Assembly: GCF_009914755.1 (NCBI RefSeq)
Contig: NC_060933.1
DNA length: 64,000 bases
Strand: one strand, 5' to 3'
Origin: the human T2T-CHM13v2.0 reference genome, Homo sapiens
In this document: positions 1 through 13,747 of the stretch, in pieces
Numbering within the stretch: position 1 is the stretch's first letter
How the letters are laid out: every line of letters begins with the position of its first letter
The notes under the pieces: generated by a model
The model's input: only the letters and a program-made list of their open reading frames with translations
The model's database searches: none
Told to the model about the DNA's origin: nothing
Translations under genes and position numbers: made by a program

Positions 1-186
<186 letters not shown>

Positions 187-189
187 TAA

Positions 190-460
190 GTATGTCCTTG
201 TTTAGATCGTTCCCTACTAATGAATATTTGTTTCCATTTTTTTCTATCACAATGTTTGTACATACATTTAAGAACATACCTCATAATAGCGATAGATGCT
301 ATTAAATAGCTCTCCTAACACACTTTTCCAGTTTGTATTCTCATCTACTGTGCATGAGATAATTTGCATTTTTCTGACTGTTAGTGATGCAGAGCACCTA
401 TTCACGGCCTTTGGGTTTCTTGTTCTGTGAATTGCCTGTTAGTGGTCTTTGCTGTGAGAA
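190..460 (-). mobile_element. Old L1 (L1ME-like) 3' fragment
   Basis: Degenerate antisense L1 3' motifs (tttgcatttttctgactgttagtgatgcagagcacctattca). Confidence 0.5.
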
Positions 461-759
461 TGCTGAATTGTCCGTCTTTGTCTGACTACTTATTTCTCCA
501 GGCCTCACTCAATTCTGTTCCTCTGCAGAGGCTTCCCCATGTCCCCTAATCAGCCACCACCCCCTCCTCTGCTGTCCCATAACACTGTTCACACCATGCC
601 CAGGCCTTCATTTACCAACCATTCCATACAAAATCTACTCATTCCAAAAGTGTCCACTGTGAGCCTTCTCTGTGCTTGGCCTTGGGCTAGGTGTTGGGTG
701 GAGAGACATGAGCCAGTCATCATAGACTCCATGCTAAAGTTCAATTTTGAAATGCAGCT

Positions 760-1010
760 TTGAGCATAGAAAAGAGCATGAGTTTTAGATCTAGACATAA
801 CTTGAGTTGAATTCCAGCTTCACCACTTCCCAGCTGTGTAATTCAGAGCAAGTCACTTGATTACTCCAAGTCTCCATTTCCATACTAGTGAGGTGAGGCT
901 AATCCCTCCCTAAGAGAGTCACTTGAAGCTGGGTAAGAGACAATAATATCTGAAATGGCTAAAAAGGGCCTGTTACACAGTAGGCTTGCAGTGGATGAAT
1001 GGTAGTTGAA
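760..1010. mobile_element. MIR SINE
   Basis: MIR core: gagttgaattccagcttcaccacttcccagctgtgtaattcagagcaagtcacttgatt. Confidence 0.7.
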
Positions 1011-1302
1011 AGGCAACTGTTAAGAGGTCAAAATCAGTTAGTTCTCAGAGGTTCTAGGAGCCACCAATAAACTGGAAAATAAAAAGGAAGGAAGTAGCTC
1101 CTCTCTTTGCAATGCAAAGGATATGGATGAGTGCCACTTGCCCAGATCCTGCTGCAGAATATCCTTTATCTTTCCTGCTCTCTGCAGCAGATTTCTGCTT
1201 TGTCTTGGCCCCTCATCCCAATTCAGCTGTGCACTGTTGATGTCCTACTGCCACTTTCGTGGGAAGAACAGGTGCTTCCCTTCTCAAATAAATGTTGGTC
1301 TA

Positions 1303-1590
1303 GGCAGGGCGTGGTGGCTCACGCCCGTAATGCCAGCACTTTGGGAGGCAGAGGCGGGTGGATCACGAGGTCAGGAGATCGAGACCATCCTGGCTAACAC
1401 AGTGAAACCCTGTCTCTACTAAAAATACAAAAAAATAAGCTGGGCGTTGTGGCGGGTGCCTGTAGTCCTAGCTACTCAGGAGGCTGAGGCAGGAGAATGG
1501 CGTGAACCCGGGAGGCGGAGGAGTTTGCAGTGAGCCGAGATCGCGCCACTGCTCTCCAGCCTGGGTGATAGAGTGAGACTCCATCTCAAA

Positions 1591-1625
<35 letters not shown>

Positions 1626-1630
1626 AATAA
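1303..1630 (+). mobile_element. AluY with (TAAA)n tail
   Basis: Y diagnostics gagatcgagaccatcctggctaacac and gaatggcgtgaacccgggaggcggag; TSD AAATAAAYGTTGGTCT on both sides. Confidence 0.95.
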
Positions 1631-1713
1631 ACGTTGGTCTCTTTAGAAGATACTCTGTAAGAAAGACTTCAGGATATTTGTGCATGCTGTCACCCATGAT
1701 TTCAAGAAGTAGG

Positions 1714-2028
<315 letters not shown>

Positions 2029-2406
2029 TCAATTAGAAAGAGAAATGCTGTGTATGTGGAGAGAGGCTAAGGTGGAAAGTTTCCCTGAAGACCCAAAACT
2101 TCAGCAGAGTAGGGTGAGTGGGTATATGTTAGAAGGACAGGGAGAAGGGCTTTACAGGCAGTGGAGTGTTCTCTGCAAAGGCACAGGTGTGGGAGGGCAT
2201 GGTGTGTTCTGGCAACTGCCCAGGATTCAGCGTCAACAGTAGGCAGATGTCAGCTCATGAAGTGCCTTTTATGCCATCCAAAGGACTCTAGGTTTGAAGA
2301 CATAAACTAAAGGGGTAGGCTGAAGCATTCTGAGCATGGGAAAGCAGTAAATCTTTGTTGAATGCATGTGTGACAGTGGGAAGATGGGACATGGTAATTA
2401 GGAGTA

Positions 2407-2723
2407 CAGTCGTGTCATTTAATGATGGGGATAAGTTTTGAGAAGTGCATTGTTAGGTGATTTTTTCATTGTGCAAACTTCATCGAGCATATTTACACAA
2501 ACCTAGATGGTATAGTCAAGTAAACACCTAGGCCACATGATGTAGCCTATTGCTCCCAGATTACAAACTGCTACATGTTACTGTACTGAATACTGTAGGT
2601 GACTATAACACAATAAGTATTTGTGCATCTAAACATGGAAGAGGTACAGTAAAAATATGATAAAATAATCATCATATATGCAGTCTGGTTTTGAGTGGAA
2701 TGTCATTATGAAGCACATAACTA
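2407..2723 (+). mobile_element. Tigger3a/MER7A-like Tc1-mariner MITE
   Basis: TA-CAGTC start; acacaaacctagatggtatag...tagcctattgctcc...atgttactgtactgaatactgtagg. Confidence 0.8.
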
Positions 2724-2836
2724 TTATTTCCTATACTTGTGGCCTTCTATAAGTTTTACTTAGCCTTTCTACGCCTCTTTTCTTTTTTTGTGTGTGTGAA
2801 ATTGGAACTTAAAACATCAACTTGAAAGTATTGGTG

Positions 2837-3142
2837 GGGCTGAGTGTCTCATGCCTGTAATCCTAGGACTTTGGGAGGCTGAGGTGGGGGGATCACTTGA
2901 GGCCTGGAGCCCAGAAGCTGGAGACCAGCCTGGGCAATACGGGGAGACCCTATCTCTACAAAAAAGTTTTAAAAATTTAAAAAATAATTAACTCAGCATG
3001 GTGGTGTGTGCCTTTAGTCCCAGCTACTTGGGAGGTTAATGCGGGAGCATCATTTGGGAGATAGGTTTCAGTGAGCTGTGATTACACCACTGCACTCCAG
3101 CCTGGGTGACAGAGCAAGACCCTTTCTCAAAAAAAAAAAAAA
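2837..3142 (+). mobile_element. AluJ
   Basis: Diverged dimeric Alu with poly-A tail. Confidence 0.9.
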
Positions 3143-3671
3143 ATCCACAAAGTGTTGTCGAAATTTAAAATATTATAATAGATGGACAGGAGTAATCCTG
3201 GCAATATATTTTTAAATTTTTAAAAAGGTGACATTTGTTTTACACAATACATATTACCAAAACAAACAATCTAGTCATCTGTGATGTGCTTCTATGCCTG
3301 TTTTCTTTTCTGGAAAGTGGTTCTCCAATTTTACCTTTTCATAGTACCTTGTCCTTCTCCTTCCCAGCACTTACCCCATAATGTTAATTAAATGTTCTAA
3401 TTCTTTTCTGGCCAAACTCCTAGACTATAACTGTTTTCCTAGCTAGATGCCTATCTCTATGAGATCAGTGACTTAAAAATTTACAACTTTTCTGCACTTT
3501 CTAACACCGTCTTTTAACAGATAGATGTTCAATAAACGTTGGTGAAAACAATCAAACTCACACTTGTCTTGAGGAGAATTGAAATAGGCCAATGAATTGG
3601 CAGTGTGTCATTATGAGAGGAGAAAAATAGTTCAGAGCAGTCTAAGTTACGTTAAAGGTATGCAAAAATAA

Positions 3672-4030
3672 TTTTTTTAAAAATTAAAGATATGGGGTCT
3701 CTCATCCAGGCTGGAGTGCAGTGGTGTGATCACAGCTCACTATGACCTTGAACTCTCAGGCTCAAGCAATCTTCTCACCTTGGCCTCCTTAGTAGCTAGG
3801 AATACAGTTGTGTGCCACCACGCCTGGCTAATTTTTACTATTTAAAATTTCTTATTTATTTTTATTTTTATAAAAAGATTTGTTTTTTTAAATTTATTTT
3901 TATATAATTTTTTAATTAAGAAAAGGATCTTATTTTAAATATAGATGGGGTCTTCTTATGTTGCCCAGGCTGGTCTCCAACTCCTGAGCTCAAGCGATCC
4001 ACCTGCCTCAACCTCCCAAAGTGCTGGGAT
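3672..4030 (-). mobile_element. AluJ with expanded AT-rich linker
   Basis: Both arms recognisable; ~100 bp AT-rich middle. Confidence 0.85.
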
Positions 4031-4044
4031 TACAGCCATGAGGC

Positions 4045-4635
<591 letters not shown>

Positions 4636-4712
4636 AGGCATTCAAACTTTATCAGGCCCAGAGGGACTTGAGTATGGTACTTCAGTTAGCACCATCCCAT
4701 GTAGGTGGTGGT

Positions 4713-4736
4713 GGGGGTGGGGGTGGGGGGTAGGGG
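4713..4736 (+). other. Potential G-quadruplex
   Basis: GGGGG-T-GGGGG-T-GGGGGG-TA-GGGG: four tracts of at least 4 G with 1-2 nt loops. Confidence 0.75.
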
Positions 4737-4737
4737 T

Positions 4738-5506
<769 letters not shown>

Positions 5507-5739
5507 GTTATTTCTAAAGTTCTACAGATGGGTTTACCTTGTATTAAAATAAGGTGTGAGAAGGGCAAATGAAGCCAGAGGCTCCCAGCACAATCTTGCA
5601 ACCTTCAGAGACTTCCAAAGGATCAGCATTAACTCCAATATTTAGCAGGAGTGCAGCTCTTCGAGATTCACAAAGTGTTAATCTGTTGCCTAGAATTCCA
5701 GAGAGTTGGAGGCGCCCAGTGTGAACTGTGTTCCGCCTA

Positions 5740-6790
5740 AAAGAAAAAGCGACCAGCCTAAGATCATGAGCGCAAGGGAGAAGCTTGAAGCCATGCGCTC
5801 TCAAGTACGCGTTTCCCGCTGCCCAGGTCTGCGGGCCAAGCAGCCAGCCACGCTGGCCCTCGTCATGCACGCGATCAGCTAGGCTCCCGCGCCACGTGGC
5901 ACTGAGAAGGCGTCCACCGAGCGCCAGGGAGAAGGAGGCGGAGCCCGGCCTCAACCTCGCCCGTGTCCTCATGGGGGTTGTAGTTTTCCTCGCGGGGGTA
6001 GAGGGCACGAACTCCCCGGCTTTTGCCCGGTAAATAGCATCTCCTTCGTACGAGTCATTCAAATAATAGATGCAGCCTAGGTAGCTTCAAGAGAAGTTGG
6101 GAAGGGGAAGGGGGAAAGCAAGGAAGGCAAACCTAATAATTATGGGCGGGGCAGAGAACGGTTCGCACCCAGTACGCATGCGCACATCAGGCGCGGCAGG
6201 TGGGCGGGGACGGAAAGGCGGTGACTAGAGCTGTGTTGTCCCCGGAAGTGCCTTCCCTCCCGGGTCTGCGCGGACGCGGCCTCCTTACCTCATTTGTCCT
6301 CGCCCCTCCCCGTCCCTCTACGCGTTTTGGTTCCCGGTTGGTGCTTCCTGTTCGCAGCTGCGGCAGTGAGTATGTGTGTGACGGACCCCCGCCGCCCGCG
6401 GCTCGGGACCCCTGCCTACCCTCCTTCTTGCCCGCCGGGCTGTGGAACTAGCGCGTGCCCCCTCGCCGGCCTCGACGTCTCCCGTCCGCCCCTCACTCGT
6501 GGCAGGGCGCAGCTCCTGGTCCGTCACCTGCGCGCCGCCCCACGCGGCCGGGCTGCGGGTCTAGGGGGTCCGCCGTCTCCCTGGCTTTCCAAGGGCTAAT
6601 GCCGTGATTCTAGAGCGGCTGGGCGTCTAGGGCCTCGGTGAGGGTGGCGTGTCTGCCCTTTTTATTTCCCCGCAAGGCCCCCAGTCTTCTAGGGAAGCCA
6701 GTCAGTGAAGCGCGGAGGTCCCGGCGCGCCGAGAGAGAGTCCAGTCTTTGAGGACCGAGTAGTCCTGGGCCACCTCCCGCCTCTGCTGTC
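5740..6790. promoter_or_regulatory. ZCCHC7: CpG-island promoter of ZCCHC7
   Basis: High CpG/GC density; palindromic E-box GCCACGTGGC 5891-5900; GC boxes 6144-6151 and 6202-6209; NRF1-like TACGCATGCGCA 6173-6184; ETS/GABPA CCGGAAGTG 6242-6250; no TATA box. Confidence 0.9.
6250..6365 (+). other. ZCCHC7: ZCCHC7 non-coding exon 1 (TSS approximate)
   Basis: Follows the ETS/NRF1 cluster, contains no ATG, ends at donor GCA|GTGAGT (6366-6371). Confidence 0.75.
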
Positions 6791-8400
6791 AGAAGCAGCA
6801 GCTGCAGCAGTAGAATCCAAAATTTCGGGAGCTGTGACCCTTTCCTCATGTAAAACGAGTAGACTTGGACTGTGTTTACTAAGGCGCCCTTTATCCCTCC
6901 CATCCTGTGAGCGGACAGTTGCCTTCAACTTTTGGGAAGAGCTGCTGGTTCGGTGGAAAAGCTGTGGCTGGGAATCAGGAGGCCTGGGTTCTAGCCGTGG
7001 CTCCCCCACGGATTCGCTGGCGATTCCAGAAAGCTCTTATTGAAGCTGAATTTAAGATTATTTCAGATTGCACAGTTGAATTACGGGCTGCATTAGTAGG
7101 GCCTTTTTAGCTCAGTGAATAAGTTTCTCTGAGCTCCTTTCTCCAACTATAAAACGAGAGCGTTCAATTTGATGACTTTTCAGGTCCCCTCAGAAGCTCT
7201 TGACTTTGTGGTTTTCTTTTTCTTTTTAAAATTTTTTCTAGGACCGTTAGAGAAATGACTTCGTGTTTGAATAGTTAGGCTGTCGCATACAAAGACTTTT
7301 AAATGGATTGTGTGTATACTTAGGAAAGCGTTATGCTTTCAGGAGAATCTGAGCATGGGGAATAAAGTCAGGAAGGATCGCAAGTGAGGATTATATTAAT
7401 ATGATAATTAGCACGGTAAGAGACTGCATGACCGAAGGAAAAGGGCTAAGGGAAAGGTGAAGGAAATGTTTCCGGATAGGATTAGTTCTCGTAAAAATCA
7501 TATATATATCCCAAGAAGAGCTGGGACTTAAGTGACTAAATTTAGCTTATTTTTTTTCCCCCACTGAAATACTGTGCTCTGTTTGTCTTTTGTGACTTTT
7601 GTTTTACACATTTGGATTCTCCATCCCAATCAGATTTGATTCAGAGTGGCCATCGCATTTGAAAAATGGACAGACATTTTAACCCTTTAGACAATTGTGT
7701 TTCAACTGTCCTGTCAGGGCAGCTTACTAAGAGTAAGAAAAATTTTACTTTGAAAGTAAAGTGTATTCATCACATTCCAATGAAAATTGGACTGAAAATG
7801 AGGCTGTGGATTTGATTTAAATCGGCCGGAGATGGATGCGTGTGTCATCAAGAAGGAACATCTAGGGAGGCTAAAGATATTTGGAAGTAAATAAGAGCAA
7901 AAGGTCAGAATGACCAGTAGGTAGACTGTGAGAGCAGAAGGATTGATTAAAGACTGTGTTAAGTAAATGCTGAAAGCTTAAATAAGCCTTAAGTTGTCTA
8001 GTTTAAAACAATTCAGTCAATGAATACTGCTCCCTCTTTTGAATGGTAATAGCCTTTGCAGTTATTCTATAGCTGTTTTATATTTGTTAAGGTATTTTAA
8101 TTCTTAGATAAGTTTCATTTGCATGATATTTTAAGATGTTATATAGGAAACATCTTTTCTGGTCATGGGATTGATAGTTTTTGAGTACCAACTTGGGAGA
8201 TTCTTAAATGGCAAACTGACAAACGTGTGTTTTCCTTACACCTAAAATGTCTCATTTAGTTTTTAAACTCTGCTGGGACATAAAATGGATATTTGTGAGG
8301 TAAATTTAGGTGTTAGAACCAATGCAAATATTGCAATGAAGGAAGGTTTTTCTTCAAAAAATCTTAATTTGAAGTTAACTTATTTGAAAATTTTATTTTG

Positions 8401-8695
<295 letters not shown>

Positions 8696-8933
8696 AATTT
8701 GTTTAAAAATTTTAGTAAACAGTTGGCTGAGAATCACAGAAATGTGAATCACTTCTAGCCGTGTTCTTAACCAGCTGCATAACCTTGAATAGGCTTCCTA
8801 TCTCTTTGTATTTCAGTTTCCTGATGGGAAGATTGAGGAGTCTGTATGAGATAATCTGATTTTGTTACCTAGTTAGTATACTTGGGAATCATGTACAGGG
8901 ATAAAAAAGCTGAGAAAGCCTTCTGAGTCAAGG

Positions 8934-8975
8934 GTGTGTGTGTGTGTGTGTGTGTGTGCGTGTGCGTGTGTGTGT
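8934..8975 (+). repeat. (GT)n/(GC) alternating purine-pyrimidine microsatellite
   Basis: 42 bp gtgtgt...gcgtgtgcgtgtgtgtgt. Confidence 0.95.
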
Positions 8976-10159
8976 AAAAAACATATATTGTCTTCCAAGA
9001 CACTTTTTAAAAGGGTAAATTAAATTCATTTGAACGTAATTAAAGCAGTAACATTAACGAAAACAACCTTAGGCAGACCTTAACCCTGGCATACATAAAC
9101 TACCTAAATAAGAGAGCACGTTATGCCCAGCACAATTTTCAAGTACAGACGGTACAAAATCCTCTTAAAGGCCATAGGGGCTAAATTGTTAAATTCATTT
9201 TTCTACATTTCAGGGAAAGAGATAAATCCTTTGACCCAAGGAAGTCAGTTTTTATTATGGTTCTGTAGTTTATTTTTGGCATACATTCACAGGTGTGCCT
9301 ATGGCTCTATTCTTAATCCCTTTCCTTTGGGATGGCTGCAAGAGTAGTACAAACTTGTAACTTTGTAATTTGGCTTTTTAATTTTTTCTGTGCTGCACTG
9401 GAATTATGTTTTGTCTTAAGTCCACACTGGATCCTCAGGATGGATCCAGTGAGGATTTTGAAAGAAGCATAATTCCTTTGACTTCTTTTAGAATTAATTT
9501 ACCTATTAAATAAAAAGGAAAGGATTCATCTTTTATTCGAATTCCTCTGAGGCTAACAATTCAATATAAACTGATGAATGCTGTGAGCATTATTCAGACA
9601 ATCACATTCAATTTGTGTGACAGTAACAGCATAGCCACCTGAAGGACAGTGCAACAAGGGCACAGGTATATGATACCCTTTAGAAGAAAAGCATTACAGG
9701 TGGGTTTATTTGTTTCTGGAAAACAAACAACTCCAGTAGGAATGTAGTACATTTTTGGCTCTTGTCCATTTGGTTTTTGGGATTAAGGTGGTTCTATTAC
9801 CAGAACTACCACCACAACACCCTGGTATTTTTGGGCAGAAATTTGGGACACTAAGAAAACAACTATTTTTTATTTTATGTGTATAGCTGTTAGTGGAAGA
9901 AAGAATAAATAGGCATCATTATTGCTCTTTAGGCTGTCCCTGATTTTGGACACACACTTATTTTTTCAGGGCTCTCATTTTAATCAGTAGTCCATCAGTA
10001 CCTAATGGAAACATCTACTGTGTAGAGTTTTGGTTGCTGATGCTAGAATTTAAGACTTTGGAGTAGTCGAAAGACAACAGAGAAATTCATCTCATAATTT
10101 TTGTATTTTAAGCACATACTAGATTTATCAGGGCTGAAGAACAAATGCCCGATGGTGTA

Positions 10160-10440
10160 GTTCATTTATTCATTTATGAATTCAGCAAACGTTTGTAGCT
10201 GACCCCGAAAATACCAGTTACCCTGTTTGGCTTTGGTGATTCATTGTTTAGCAGAGTGCATATAGTTCCTGCCCTCCTGGGATTTGTGATCTGCGTTTCT
10301 TGGAAATTTATATTGAATAAGTAATTATAAATGTGATGAGTGTTTTGACATGTAAAGTACTTATGGAAGCCCATAAAAGGGGCTCTTAATTTAGCCTGGT
10401 TGCAAGTGATTTTGAGCTGAGTTTAAAAGATGAAGGCTGA
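10160..10440. mobile_element. L2 fragment
   Basis: ttcatttattcatttatgaattcagcaaacgtttg...agttcctgccctcctggga. Confidence 0.6.
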
Positions 10441-10601
10441 GGAGGATTTAATATGCTCACAGTAGAAAGTAAAGTGTTTCACTTTACACATTTATTCCCA
10501 AAGCTGGGAGTTTTGTCTCAATATTGGGTCATTATTAAGTTTGTATTTATACATTATAAATATACATTGTAAAAATATACATTTTTGTAACTAGTACAGA
10601 G

Positions 10602-11192
<591 letters not shown>

Positions 11193-11502
11193 CATTTTTA
11201 TTTATTCTTTTGGCCAATGATCAGAGGGCCGTGCGATTAATTTGTTAATTGAGAATATACATTTACACCCAAACAGTAAACAAAATTGTTTCCTGTTATA
11301 GATTTTAGTCATAATTGAAGTAATATTCCTGTATATGCTTGAAAATATGAGCTATAGAACCAGAACCAAGGAAAAGATGAAGAATGGATAGGATAGTGAG
11401 AGCTGCTTTAAGTTTTGTTTTAACATTTTGGAAAGCAAGGGTTTTGTATCCTGCGGTAGATCTCAATTTGTTTTTCGTTTACAATATACCTGTGAAATCT
11501 TA

Positions 11503-11803
11503 CATATCATGTGCTGCATAATAGCATTTTGGTTAAAGACAGACAGTGTGACTGTGGTCCCATAGGATTTGTATACGTTTTTGCTATATCTTTTGTATGT
11601 TTAGATACCCAAATACCATTGTGTTACAGTTACTTACAGTATTTGGCACCGTTACATGCTGTATTGGTTTGTATCCTAGGAGCAATAGACCATACCATGT
11701 AGCCTAGTTGTGTAGTTGACTACACCATCTAGTTTGTGAAAATCATCCTATGAAGTTTGCACGATGAAATCACAGAACAAAGCATTTCTTAGAGTGTTGA
11801 CTG
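11503..11803 (-). mobile_element. Tigger3a/MER7A-like MITE
   Basis: Reverse orientation relative to the 2407-2723 copy (cctaggagcaatagaccataccatgtagcctag...tacaccatctagtttgtg). Confidence 0.75.
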
Positions 11804-12044
11804 TGTTTCCATCAATAACTATAACTCAATTTGTCAGTAGTAATTCTCGTTGGGGAGTGGTGGGACTTACAGGAGTGGGTCCTAACAGGACTTAGAAATC
11901 CTTGGAAAAAAAGGTATTTTAATATGTCTGAGAATAGTGATGGCCTTCATATTAGCAGTTGTCACTGACAGGTGATATTGTTACTTAAACTGGCATGATC
12001 TGAACTTTTAAAGTATATTCTGTGTACAACTTTCTCTTTTGCAG

Positions 12045-12675
12045 CTTCAAGGTTACTGACTTTTTATGATGTTTGGTGGCTATGAGACTATAGAAGCATA
12101 CGAAGATGATCTTTATCGAGATGAGTCATCTAGTGAACTGAGTGTTGATAGTGAGGTGGAATTTCAACTCTATAGCCAAATTCATTATGCCCAAGATCTT
12201 GATGATGTCATCAGGGAGGAAGAGCATGAAGAAAAGAACTCTGGGAATTCGGAATCTTCGAGTAGTAAACCAAATCAGAAGAAGCTAATCGTCCTTTCAG
12301 ATAGTGAGGTCATCCAGCTGTCAGATGGGTCAGAGGTCATCACTTTGTCTGATGAAGACAGTATTTATAGATGTAAAGGAAAGAATGTTAGAGTTCAAGC
12401 ACAAGAAAATGCCCATGGTCTTTCTTCTTCTCTTCAATCTAATGAGCTGGTTGATAAGAAATGCAAGAGTGATATTGAGAAGCCTAAATCTGAAGAGAGA
12501 TCAGGTGTAATCCGAGAGGTCATGATTATAGAGGTCAGTTCAAGTGAAGAGGAAGAGAGCACCATTTCAGAAGGTGATAATGTGGAAAGCTGGATGCTAC
12601 TGGGATGTGAAGTAGATGATAAAGATGATGATATCCTTCTCAACCTTGTGGGATGTGAAAACTCTGTTACTGAAG
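12045..12675 (+). other. ZCCHC7: ZCCHC7 exon 2 (631 nt; 21 nt 5'UTR + first coding segment)
   Basis: Acceptor tttctcttttgcAG (12043-44); donor AAG|GTTAGT (12676). Confidence 0.93.
12066..12675 (+). CDS. ZCCHC7: Zinc finger CCHC domain-containing protein 7, N-terminal 203 aa (partial CDS, phase-1 exit)
   Basis: [44 protein letters not shown]... recognised as the ZCCHC7 N-terminus; acidic/Ser-rich; bounded by canonical splice sites; the ORF-track stop at 12678-80 lies in the intron. Confidence 0.95.
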
Positions 12676-13544
12676 GTTAGTATCATATTGGCCATTTTGA
12701 AAGTAGTATCATCTTTCATAAGGAGGACTGCTTTTCCTAGAGAAAAGACCAATAGGGTCTACTCCGTTTAATTCCTCACTTTTTGGTCTTGTTTTTTGGT
12801 TTGTTTCTCATGCGACTCTCTTACCAGTGGCTACTCTAATGGTGGTTTGTCTGAACGTCAGAAAGAGTATGTCAGAATACCAAAGACACTCTGCTTCTGC
12901 TGTAAGCAGATTCATAGCTGCTTCTTCCTGTTTGGCTAGAGCCAGTTCTGGACCTGAAATCTTACTTCCCCCCTCTCTCTCTGCTTGGTACCACAGGTGA
13001 GTACTCCATCCACCTCTGGCATTAGCCCTGTGCACTCATTCAGCCAACTCTGTTGGGACTGTCTCTTCCTATGGGATTTGCTTACCCAGGAGTTAGATGG
13101 CAAGCATAGGGAATGTCTGGCACACAGAATATATGGAATTAGTGTTAGGATTAGGATTTTAGGTACTCCACAGTCAGAAAGACAGGAAAATATGAAGAGC
13201 TGTAAGTCTAGGGCAGGTTATAGGGGAGAATGCAAATTTTGATAGCTACATCATCAAGGATTAAAATTTTGGTGTTAGTTTTGTCTCTGTGACATGTAGT
13301 CATCTAGTCTTAATGCTTATGCCTTCAAGAAGTTCCTTTTCATTTCCCTCCCTTTATGCCTAATGCTCAGTCTCTTGCACTAGTTTCCTAAGTAGTCTTC
13401 TTTTATATCTACCTTGTACACTGTTGTTAAAACTGGTATTGAAATGCTCTTTTACTCATAGTACTTTATTGCTGCTCCAAAATTTTTAATGGCAGCCTGC
13501 TTCCCTAGAAATGATGACATTGAATGTAGATTGTGCTTGGAGCC

Positions 13545-13747
13545 CCTGGGATTGGCAAATGTTTTTTTAAGAAGCCAGATAGAAAATATTTTAGGATTCC
13601 AAGCCATGTGATATCTTAACTACTCAACTTGGCCCTTGTGGGAAAGCAGCCTTAAATAATACCTATAGAAATGGGGGTGGCTGTTCTCAGTAAAGCCCTA
13701 CTTACAAAAACAGGTGGCCGGCTCAGGCTGTAGTTTGCAAACCCTGA
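13545..13747 (+). mobile_element. MER58A-like hAT-Charlie MITE
   Basis: gggattggcaaat...gccagatagaaaatattttagg...tacaaaaacaggtggccggc...tagtttgcaaaccctg. Confidence 0.75.

Noticed and set aside
5544-7110. Overlapping 67-172 aa ORFs around the CpG island
   Set aside because: Expected from high GC content; several use non-ATG starts and none has a recognisable domain
12676-12680. 204-aa ORF as a complete protein
   Set aside because: The ORF-track stop lies 3 nt into the intron after a canonical donor; only relevant if the donor is skipped (covered in findings)
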